From Eledone cirrhosa (taxonomy: Eukaryota), in assembly GCA_964016885.1 (NCBI GenBank), contig OZ024760.1, positions 29,636,001-29,700,000 on the forward strand: 64,000 nucleotides of DNA, written 5' to 3'. Position 1 is the first letter of the stretch; the number at the start of each line of letters is the position of its first letter. Under the pieces are notes generated by a model. The model was not told where the DNA came from. It searched no databases and saw nothing but the letters and a program-made list of their open reading frames with translations. The translations under genes were made by a program, and so were the position numbers. Below, piece after piece: positions 20,163-32,500 of the stretch.

Positions 20163-23056
20163 TGACACAGTTGGGTGACTCTGATACAGCTAAAGACATG
20201 TCAGTCAGTTTGGTGACATGTCTGTCAGTTGGGTGTCTGTGACACGGTTGTATGACTCTGGTACAGCTAAAGACATGTCTGTGACACGGTTGTATGACTC
20301 TGGTACAGCTAAAGAAATGTCTGTGACACGGTTGTGTGACTCTGGTACAGCTACAGCCATGTCTGTGACACAGTTCGGTGACTCTGGTACAGCTACAGCC
20401 ATGTCTGTGACACAGTTGTGTCACTCTAATACAGCTACAGCCATGTCTGTGACACGGTTGTGTGACTCTGGTACAGCTACAGCCATGTCTGTGACACGGT
20501 TGTGTGACACTGGTACAGCTACAGTCATGTCTGTGACACAGTTGTGTGACTCTGGTACAGCTAAGACATGTCTGTGACACGGTTGTGTGACTCTGGTACA
20601 GCTAAGACATGTCTGTGACACGGTTGTGTGACTCTGGTACAACTAAGACATGTCTGTGACATGGTTCGGTGACTCTGGTACAGTTAAAGACATGTCTGTG
20701 ACACGGTTGTGTGACTCTGGTACAGCTACAGCCATGTCTGTGACACGGTTGTGTGACTCTGGTACAGCTACAGCCATGTCTGTGACACAGTTGTGTGACT
20801 CAGGTACAGCTACAGCCATGTCTGTGACACGGTTGTGTGACTCTGGTATAGCTACAGTCATGTCTGTGACACAGTTGTGTGACTCAGGTACAGCTACAGC
20901 CATGTCTGTGACACAGTTGTGTGACTCTGGTACAGCTACAGTCATGTCTGTGACACAGTTGTGTGACTCTGGTACAGCTACAGTCATGTCTGTGACACGG
21001 TTGTGTGACTCTGGTACAGCTAAGACATGTCTGTGACACGGTTCGGTGACTCTGGTACAGCTAAGACATGTCTGTGACATGGTTGTGTGACTCTGGTACA
21101 GCTGAGACATGTCTGTGACACGGTTGTGTGACTCTGGTACAGCTAAGACATGTCTGTGACACAGTTGTGTGACTCTGGTACAGCTACAGCCATGTCTGTG
21201 ACACAGTTGTGTGACTCTGGTACAGCTACAGTCATGTCTGTGACACAGTTGTGTGACTCTGGTACAGCTAAGACATGTCTGTGACACGGTTGTGTGACTC
21301 TGGTACAGCTAAGACATGTCTGTGACACGGTTCGGTGACTCTGGTACAGCTAAGACATGTCTGTGACATGGTTGTGTGACTCTGGTACAGCTAAGACATG
21401 TCTGTGACACGGTTGTGTGACTCTGGTACAGCTAAGACATGTCTGTGACACAGTTGTGTGACTCTGGTACAGCTAAGACATGTCTGTGACACGGTTCGGT
21501 GACTCTGGTACAGTTAAAGAAATGTCTGTGACACGGTTGTGTGACTCTGGTACAGCTAAGACATGACTGTGACACAGTTGTGTGACTCTGGTACAGCTAA
21601 GACATGTCTTTGACACAGTTCGGTGATTCTGGTACAGCTAAGACATGTCTGTGACACGGTTGTGTGACTCTGGTACAGCTAAGACATGTCTGTGACATGG
21701 TTCGGTGACTCTGGTACAGTTAAAGACATGTCTGTGACACGGTTGTGTGACTCTGGTACAGCTACAGCCATGTCTGTGACACAGCTCGGTGACTCTGGTA
21801 CAGCTACAGCCATGTTTGTGACACAATTCAGTGACTCTGGTACAGCTACAGCCATGTCTGTGACACAGTTGTGTGACTCTGGTACAGCTACAGCCATGTC
21901 TGTGACACAGTTCAGTGACTCTGGTACAGCTACAGCCATGTTTGTGACACAATTCAGTGACACTGGTACAGCTACAGCCATGTCTGTGACACAGTTGTGT
22001 GACTCTGGTACAGCTAAAGACATGTCTGTGACACGGTTGTGTGACTCTGGTACAGTTAAAGACATGTCTGTGACACAGTTCGGTGACTCTGGTACAGCTA
22101 AGACATGTCTGTGACGCAGTTGTGTGACTCTGGTACAGCTAAGACATGTCTGTGACACAGTTCGGTGACTCTGGTACAGCTAAGACATGTCTGTGACACA
22201 GTGGTGTGACTCTGCTACAGCTAAGACATGTCTGTGACACAGTTCGGTGACTCTGGTACAGCTACAGCCATGTCTGTGACACAGTGGTGTGACTCTGGTA
22301 CAGCTGCAGCCATGTCTGTGACACAGTTGTGTGACTCAGGTACAGCTACAGCCATGTCTGTGACACGGTTGTGTGACTCTGGTACAGCTACAGCCATGTC
22401 TGTGACACAGTGGTGTGACTCTGCTACAGCTAAGACATGTCTGTGACATGGTTGTGTGACTCTGGTACAGCTACAGCCATGTCTGTGACACAGTTGTGTG
22501 ACTCTGGTACAGCTACAGCCATGTCTGTGACACAGTTGTGTGACTCAGGTACAGCTACAGCCATGTCTGTGACACGGTTGTGTGACTCTGGTACAGCTAC
22601 AGCCATGTCTGTGACACAGTGGTGTGACTCTGCTACAGCTAAGACATGTCTGTGACATGGTTGTGTGACTCTGGTACAGCTACAGCCATGTCTGTGACAC
22701 AGTTGTGTGACTCTGGTACAGCTACAGACATGTCTGTGACACAGTTCGGTGACTCTGGTACAGCTAAGACATGTCTGTGACACAGTTGTGTGACTCTGGT
22801 ACAGCTACAGCCATGTCTGTGACACAGTTCGGTGACTCTGGTACAGCTACAGCCATGTCTGTGACACAGTTGTGTGATTCTGGTACAGCTAAGACATGTC
22901 TGTGACACAGTTGTGTGACTCTGGTACAGCTAAGACATGTCTGTGACACAGTTCGGTGACTCTGGTACAGCTACAGCCATGTCTGTGACACAGTTGTGTG
23001 ACTCTGGTACAGCTACAGCCATGTCTGTGACACAGTTGTGTGACTCTGGTACAGCT
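20163..23056. repeat. 41/42-bp minisatellite TGTCTGTGACACAGTTGTGTGACTCTGGTACAGCTACAGCCA, roughly 69 copies
   Basis: Variants ending CTACAGCCA (42), CTAAGACA (41) and CTAAAGACA (42) are interspersed. Confidence 0.97.
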
Positions 23057-23352
23057 CAGATGAAATAAAGTCATTCAGTAAAGCCGTGACTAGTTGTTGT
23101 TGTTGTTGTAGTACCATTACAGTTGTAAAAGTGACGGGATGTTGTGGCAATCATGGTTATATCAACTTATTTCATGTTATACAATATAGAGAGAAAAGAA
23201 GGAGAGAGAAAGAAAGAGTGAAACAGAGAGTCAGATAGATTGGGGGGGGGGGTATTCAGAGTGATAAAGAGAGAGAGAGAGGGAGAGAGGAAGAAAAAGA
23301 GAGTGATAAAGAAGGAGAGTTAGAGAACGAGAGAAAGTGATGGGTTTGTTAC

Positions 23353-23502
23353 CACGGGAAATGAGGTTCTGAGGCAGGGTAAGCTTTATATGGAGCGGTA
23401 GACTGAAAGGAGTCTGTTGGTCTCCTTTCATCTTGGTACTGGAGGTCTGCATAGCCATGTTCTGTACTGAGGAGGACTTCACACTTTCTCTACGGGACGA
23501 CA
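23353..23502 (-). CDS. Internal exon of unknown gene, repeat module 1 (150 bp, phase 1-1)
   Basis: tatattgcag|TGTCG...CCGTG|gtaaca; SSRRESVKSSSVQNMAMQTSSTKMKGDQQTPFSLPLHIKLTLPQNLISR. Confidence 0.78.
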
Positions 23503-23506
23503 CTGC

Positions 23507-26500
23507 AATATAATATATTATATTATAGAGAATATAATATAATGTAATACAATGTAATGTAATGTAATGTAATGTAATGTAATGTAATACAATGTAATGT
23601 AATATAATATGTAATGTAATGTAATGTAATGTAATGTAATGTAATATAATATAATATGTAATGTAATGTAATGTAATGTAATGTAATGTAATGTAATATA
23701 ATATAATATAATATAATATAATATAATATAATATAATATGTAATGTAATGTAATGTAATGTAATGGAATGTAATATAATATAATATAATATAATATAATA
23801 TAATATAATATAATATAATATAATATAATATAATATAATATAATATAATATAATATGTAATGTAATGTAATGTAATGTAATGTAATGTAATATAATATAA
23901 TATAATATAATATAATATAATATAATATAATATGTAATGTAATGTAATGTAATGTAATGGAATGTAATATAATATGTAATGTAATGTAATGTAATGTAAT
24001 GTAATGGAATGGAATGTAATATAATATGTAATGTAATGTAATGTAATGTAATGTAATGTAATGTAATGTAATGTAATGTAATGTAATGTAATGTAATGTA
24101 ATGTGTAATGTAATGTGTAATGTAATGTAATGTAATGTAATGTAATGTAATGTAATGTAATGTAATGTAATGTGTAATGTAATGTAATGTGTAATGTAAT
24201 GTAATGTAATGTAATGTGTAATGTAATGTAATGTGTAATGTAATGTAATGTGTAATGTAATGTAATGTAATGTAATGTAATGTAATGTAATGTAATGTAA
24301 TGTGTAATGTAATGTAATGTAATGTAATGTAATGTAATGTAATGTAATGTAATGTGTAATGTAATGTAATGTGTAATGTAATGTAATGTAATGTAATGTA
24401 ATGTAATGTAATGTAATGTGTAATGTAATGTAATGTGTAGTGTAATGTAATGTGTAATGTAATGTAATGTAATGTGTAATGTAACGTAATGTAATGTAAT
24501 GTGTAATGTAATGTAATGTAATGTAATGTAATGTGATGTGTAATGTAATGTAATGTAATGTAACGTAATGTGTAATGTAATGTAATGTAATGTAATGTGA
24601 TGTGTAATGTAATGTGATGAAATGAAATGTAATGTAATGTAATGTAATGTAATGTAATGTAATGTAATGTAATGTAATGTAATGTAATGTAATGTAATGT
24701 AATGTAATGTAATGTAATGTAATGTAATGTAATGTGTAATGTAATGTAATGTGTAATGTAATGAAATTTAATGTAATGTAATGTAATGTAATGTAATGTA
24801 ATGTAATGTAATGTAATGTAATGTAATGTAATGTAATGCAATTTAATGTAATGTGTAATGTAATGTAATGTAATGTAATGTAATGTAATGTGTAATGTAA
24901 TGTGTAACGTAATGTAATGTACTGTAATGTAATGTAATGTAATGTAACGTAATATAATGTAATGTAATGTAATGTGTAATGTAATGTAATGTGTAATGTA
25001 ATGTAATTTAATGTAATGTAATGTGTTATGTAATGTAATGTAATGTAAAGTAATGTGTAATGTAATGTAATGTAATGTAATGTAATGTAATGTAATGTAA
25101 TGTAATGTGTAATTTAATGTAATGTAATGTAAAGTAATGTGTAATGTAATATAATGTAATGTAATGTGTAATGTAATGTAATGTGTAATGTAATGTAATG
25201 TAATGAAATGTAATGTGTAATGTAATGTAATGTAATGTAATGTAATGTAATGTAAAGTAATGTGTAATGTAATGTAATGTAATGTAATGTAATATGTAAT
25301 GTAATGTAATGTAATGTAATGTAATGTAATGTGTAATGTAATGTAATGTAATGTAATGTGTAATGTAATGTAATGTAATGTAATGTAATGTAATGTAATG
25401 TAATGTGTAATGTAATGTAATGTGTAATGTAATGTAATGTGTAAAGTAATGTAATGTAATGTAATGTAATGTAATGTAATGTAATGTAATTCAATGTAAT
25501 GTGTAATGTAGTGTAAAGTAATGTTTAATGTAATGTAATGTAATGTAATGTAATGTAATGTAATGTAATGTAATGTAATGTGTAATGTAATGTAATGTAA
25601 TGTAATGTAATGTAATGTAATGTAATGTAATGTGTAATGTAATGTAATGTAATGTAATGTAATGTGTAATGTAATGTAATGTAATGTAATGTAATGTGTA
25701 ATGTAATGTAATGTAATGTAATGTAGTGTGTAATGTAATGTAATGTAGTGTGTAATGTAATGTAATGTAATGTAATGTAGTGTGTAATGTAATGTAATGT
25801 AATGTAGTGTGTAATGTAATGTAACGTAATGTAATGTAATGTAATCTAATGTGTAATATAATGTGTAATGTAATGTAATGTAATATAATATATGTAATGT
25901 AATGTAATGTAATGTAATGTGTAATGTAATGTAACGTAATGTAATGTAATGTAATATAATGTAATGTAATGTAATGTAATGTAATGTAATGTAGTGTGCA
26001 ATGTAATGTAACGTAATGTAATGTAATGTAATGTGTAATATAATGTGTAATGTAATGTAATGTAATATAATATATGTAATGTAATGTAATGTAATGTGTA
26101 ATGTAATGTAACGTAATGTAATGTAATGTAATGTAATGTAATGTAATGTGTAATGTAATGTAATGTAATGTGTAATGTAATGTAATGTAATGTAATGTAA
26201 TGTAATGTAATGTAATGTAATGTAACATAATGTAATGTGTAATGTAAAGTAATGTGTAATGTAATGTAATGTAATGTAATGTAATGTAATGTAATGTATA
26301 ATGTAATGTAATGTAATGTAATGTAATGTAATGTAATGTATAATGTAAGGTAATGTAATGAAATGTAATGTGTAATGTAATGAAATGTAATGTGTAATGT
26401 AATGTAATGTAATGTAATGTAATTTAATGTAATGTAATGTAATGTGTAATGTAATGTAATGTAATGTAATGTGTAATGTAATGTAATGTGTAATGTAATG

Positions 26501-29500
26501 TAATGTGTAATGTAATGTAATGTAATGTAATATAATGTAATGTAATGTAATGTAATGTAATGTAATGTAATGTAATGTGTAATGTAATGTAATATAATGT
26601 AATATGTAATGTAATGTAATATAATGTAATGTAATGTAACGTAATGTAATGTAATGTAATGTAATGTAATGTAATGTAATGTGTAATTATATGTAATGTA
26701 ATGAAATGTAATGTAATGTAATGTAATGTGTAATGTAATGTAATGTGTAATGTAATATAATGTAATGTAGTGTGTAATGTAATGTAATGTGTAATTTAAT
26801 GTACTGTAATGTAATGTGTAATGTAATGTAATGTAATATGTAATGTAATGTAATGTAATGTAATGTAATGTAATGTAATGTAATATAGTGTGTAATGTAA
26901 TGTAATGTAATGTAATGTGTAATGTAATGTAAATTAATGTAATGTAATGTAATGTGTAATGTAATGTAATGTGTAATGTAATGTAATGTAATGTAATGTA
27001 ATGTAATGTAATGTGTAATGTAATGTAATGTAAGGTGTAATGTAATGTAATGTAATGTAATGTAATGTAATGTAATGTAATGTAGTGTGTAATGTAATGT
27101 AATGTAATATGTAATGTAATGTAATGTAATGTAATGTAATGTAATGTAATGTAATGTAATGTGTAATGTAATGTAATGTAATGTAGTGTGTAATGTAATG
27201 TAATGTAATGTAATGTAATGTAATGTAATGTGTAATGTAATGTAATGTAATGTAATGTAATGTGTAATGTAATGTAATGTAATATGTAATGTAATGTAAT
27301 GTAATGTAATGTAATGTAATGTAATATAGTGTGTAATGTAATGTAATGTAATGTAATGTGTAATGTAATGTAATGTGTAATGTAATGTGAAATGTAATGT
27401 AAAGTAATGTAATGTAATGTAATGTGTAATGTAATGTAATGTGTAATGTAATGTAATGTAATGTAATGTAATGTAATGTAATGTAATGTAATGTGTAATG
27501 TAATGTAATGTAATGTAATGTAATGTAATGTAATGTAATGTAATGTAATGTAGTGTGTAATGTAATGTAATGTAATATGTAATGTAATGTAATGTAATGT
27601 AATGTAATGTAATGTACTGTAATGTAATTTAATGTAATGTAATATAGTGTGTATTGTAATGTAATGTAAAGTGTAATGTAATGTAATGTAATGTAATATA
27701 ATGTAATGTGTAATGTAATGTAATGTAATGTAATGTAATGTGTAATGTAATGTGTAAAGTAATGTAATGTAATGTAATGTAATGTAATGTAATGTGTAAT
27801 GTAATGTAGTGTAATGTAATGTAATGTAATGTGTAATGTAATGTAATGTAATGTAATGTAATGTGTAATGTAATGTAATGTAATGTAGTGTGTAATGTAA
27901 TGTAATGTAATGTAATGTAATGTAATGTAATGTAATGTAATGTGTAATGTAATGTAATGTAATGTAATATAATGTGTAATGTAGTGTAATGTAATGTAAT
28001 GTAATGTGTAATGTAATTTAATGTAATGTAATGTAATTTAATGTAATGTAATGTAATGTAATGTAATGTAATGTAATGTAATGTAATGTGTAATGTAATG
28101 TAATGTAATGTAATGTAATGTCATGTAATGTAATGTGTAATGTAATGTAATGTAATGTAATGTGTAATGTAATGTAATGTAATGTAATGTAATGTGTAAT
28201 GTAGTGTAATGTAATGTAATGTAATGTAATGTAATGTAATGTAATGCAATGTAATGTGTAATGTAATGTAATGTAACATAATGTAATGTAATGTAATGTA
28301 ATGTGTAATGTAATGTAATGTAATGTAATGTGTAATGTAATGTAATGTGTAATGTAATGTAATGTGTAATGTAATGTAATGTAATATAATGTAACGTAAT
28401 GTAATGTAATGTAATGTAATGTAATGTAATGTAATGTAATGTAATGTAATGTAAGGTAATGTAATGTAATGTAATGTAATGTAATGTGTAATGTAAAGTA
28501 ATGTAATGTAATGTGTAATGTAATGTAATGTAATGTAATGTAATGTAATGTAATGTAATGTAATGCAATGTAATGTAATGTAATGTAGTGTGTAATGTAA
28601 CGTAATGTAATGTAATGTGTAATGTAATGTAATGTAATGTAATGTAATGTGTAATGTAATGTAATGTAATGTGTAATGTAATGTAATGTAATGTAATGTA
28701 ACGTGTAATGCAATGTAATGTAATGTAATGTAATGTGTAATGTAATGTATTGTGTAATGTAATGTAATGTAATGTAATGTGTAATGTAATGTAATGTGTA
28801 ATGTAATGTATTGTGTAATGTAATGTAATGTAATGTAATGTGTAATGTAATGTAAAGTAATGTGTAATGTAATGTAATGTAATGTAATGTAATGTAATGT
28901 AATATGTAATTTAATGTAATGTAATGTAAAGTAATGTGTAATGTAATATAATGTAATGTAATGTGTAATGTAATGTAATGTAATGTAATGTAATGTAATG
29001 TAATGTAATGTAATGTAATGTAGTGTGTAATGTAATGTAATGTAATGTAATGTGTAATGTAATGTAATGTAATGTAATGTAATGTGTAATGTAATGTAAT
29101 GTAATGTGATGTGTAATGTAATGTAATGTAATGTAATGTAACGTGTAATGCAATGTAATGTAATGTAATGTAATGTGTAATGTAATGTATTGTGTAATGT
29201 AATGTAATGTAATGTAATGTGTAATGTAATATAATGTAATGTGTAATGTAATGTATTGTGTACTGTAATGTAATGTAATGTAATGTGTAATGTAATGTAA
29301 AGTAATGTGTAATGTAATGTAATGTAATGTAATGTAATGTAATGTAATATGTAATTTAATGTAATGTAATGTAAAGTAATGTGTAATGTAATATAATGTA
29401 ATGTAATGTGTAATGTAATGTAATGTGTAATATAATGTAATGTAATGTAATGTAATGTGTAATGTAATGTAATGTAATGTAATGTAATGTAACGTGTAAT

Positions 29501-32500
29501 GCAATGTAATGTAATGTAATGTAATGTGTAATGTAATGTATTGTGTAATGTAATGTAATGTAATGTAATGTGTAATGTAATGTAATGTAATGTGTAATGT
29601 AATATATTGTGTAATGTAATGTAATGTAATGTAATGTGTAATGTAATGTAAAGTAATGTGTAATGTAATATAATGTAATGTAATGTAATGTAATGTAATG
29701 TAATGTAATATGTAATTTAATGTAATGTAATGTAAAGTAATGTGTAATGTATTATAATGTAATGTAATGTGTAATGTAATGTAATGTGTAATATAATGTA
29801 ATGTAATGAAATGTAATGTGTAATGTAATGTAATGTAATGTGTAATGTAATGTAATGTAATGTAATGTAATGTAATGTAATGTAATGTAATGTAATGTAA
29901 TGTAAAGTAATGTGTAATGTAATGTAATGTAATGTAATGTAATGTAATGTAATGTGTAATGTAATGTAATGTAATGTAATGTAATGTAATGTATAATGTA
30001 AGGTAATGTAATGAAATGTAATGTGTAATGTAATGAAATGTAATGTGTAATGTAATGTAATGTAATGTAATTTAATGTAATGTAATGTAATGTGTAATGT
30101 AATGTAGTGTAATGTAATGTGTAATGTAATGTAATGTGTAATGTAATGTAATGTGTAATGTAATGTAATGTAATATAATTTAATGTAATGTAATGTAATG
30201 TAATGTAATGTAATGTAATGTGTAATGTAATGTAATATAATGTAATGTGTAATGTAATGTAATATAATGTAATGTAATGTAACGTAATGTAATGTAATGT
30301 AATGTAATGTAATGTAATGTAATGTAATGTAATGTGTAATTATATGTAATGTAATGAAATGTAATGTAATGTAATGTAATGTGTAATGTAATATAATGTA
30401 ATGTAGTGTGTAATGTAATGTAATGTGTAATTTAATGTACTGTAAAGTAATGTGTAATGTAATGTAATGTAATATGTAATGTAATGTAATGTAATGTAAT
30501 GTAATGTAATGTAATATAACATAGTGTGTAATGTAATGTAATGTAATGTAATGTGTAATGTAATGTAATGTAATGTAATGTGAAATGTAATGTAAAGTAA
30601 TGTAATGTAATGTGTAATGTAATGTAATGTGTAATGTAATGTAATGTAATGTAATGTAATGTAATGTAATGTAATGTAATGTGTAATGTAATGTAATGTA
30701 ACGTGTAATGTAATGTAATGTAATGTAATGTAATGTAATGTAGTGTGTAATGTAATGTAATGTAATATGTAATGTAATGTAATGTAATGTAATGTAATGT
30801 AATGTAATGTACTGTAATGTAATTTAATGTAATGTAATATAGTGTGTATTGTAATGTAATGTAAAGTGTAATGTAATGTAATGTAATGTAATATAATGTA
30901 ATGTGTAATGTAATGTAATGTAATGTAATGTAATGTGTAATGTAATGTAATGTGTAAAGTAATGTAATGTAATGTAATGTAATGTAATGTAATGTGTAAT
31001 GTAATGTAGTGTAATGTAATGTGTAATGTAATGTAATGTAATGTAATGTAATGTGTAATGTAATGTAATGTAATGTAGTGTGTAATGTAATGTAATGTAA
31101 TGTAATGTAATGTAATGTAATGTAATGTAATGTAATGTAATGTGTAATGTAATGTAATGTAATGTGTAATGTAATGTAATGTAATGTAATATAATGTGTA
31201 ATGTAGTGTAATGTAATGTAATGTAATGTGTAATGTAATTTAATGTAATGTAATGTAATTTAATGTAATGTAATGTAATGTAATGTAATGTAATGTAATG
31301 TAATGTAATGTAATGTGTAATGTAATGTAATGTAATGTAATGAAATGTAATGTAATGTAATGTGTAATGTAATGTAATGTAATGTAATGTAATGTCATGT
31401 AATGTAATGTGTAATGTAATGTAATGTAATGTAATGTGTAATGTAATGTAATGTAATGTAATGTAATGTGTAATGTAGTGTAATGTAATGTAATGTAATG
31501 TAATGTAATGTAATGTAATGTAATGTGTAATGTAATGTGTAATGTAATGTAATGTAATGTAATGTAATGTAATATATGTAATGTAATGTAATGTAATGTA
31601 ATGTAATGTAACGTAATGTAATGTAATGTAATGTAATGTGTAATGTAATGTAATGTAATGTAATGTAATGTAATGTAATGTGTAATGTAATGTAATGTGT
31701 AATGTAATGTGTAATGTAATGTAATGTAATGTAATATAATGTAACGTAATGTAATGTAATGTAATGTAATGTAATGTAATGTAATGTAATGTAATGTAAT
31801 GTAATATAAGGTAATGTAATGTAATGTAATGTAATGTAATGTGTAATGTAAAGTAATGTAATGTAATGTGTAATGTAATGTAATGTAATGTAATGTAATG
31901 TAATGTAATGTAATGTAGTGTGTAATGTAATGTAATGTGTAATGTAATGTAATGTAATGTAATGTAATGTAATGTGTAATGTAATGTAATGTAATGTAAT
32001 GTGTAATGTAATGTAATGTAATGTAATGTAACGTGTAATGCAATGTAATGTAATGTAATGTAATGTGTAATGTAATGTATTGTGTAATGTAATGTAATGT
32101 AATGTAATGTGTAATGTAATGTAATGTAATGTGTAATGTAATGTGTAATGTAATGTGTAATGTGCAATGTAACGTAATGTAATGTAATATAATGTAATGT
32201 AATGTAATGTAATGTTTAATGTAATGTAATGTAATGTAACGTGTAATGTAATGTAATGCAATGTAATGTAATGTAATGTAATATAATGTAATGTGTAAGC
32301 TAATGTAATGTAATGTAATGTAATGTAATGTAATGTAATGTAATGTAATGTAATGTAATGTGTAATGTAATGTAATGTAATGTAATGTGTAATGTAATGT
32401 AATGTAATGTAATGTAATGTAATGTAGTGTGTAATGTAATGTAATGTAAGATAATGTAACGTAATGTAATGTAATATAATGTAATGTAATGTAATGTAAT

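Noticed and set aside
20163-23056. CRISPR array or Cys-rich metallothionein-like CDS
   Set aside because: No unique spacers, eukaryotic context, and 41-bp units repeatedly shift frame and create stops.
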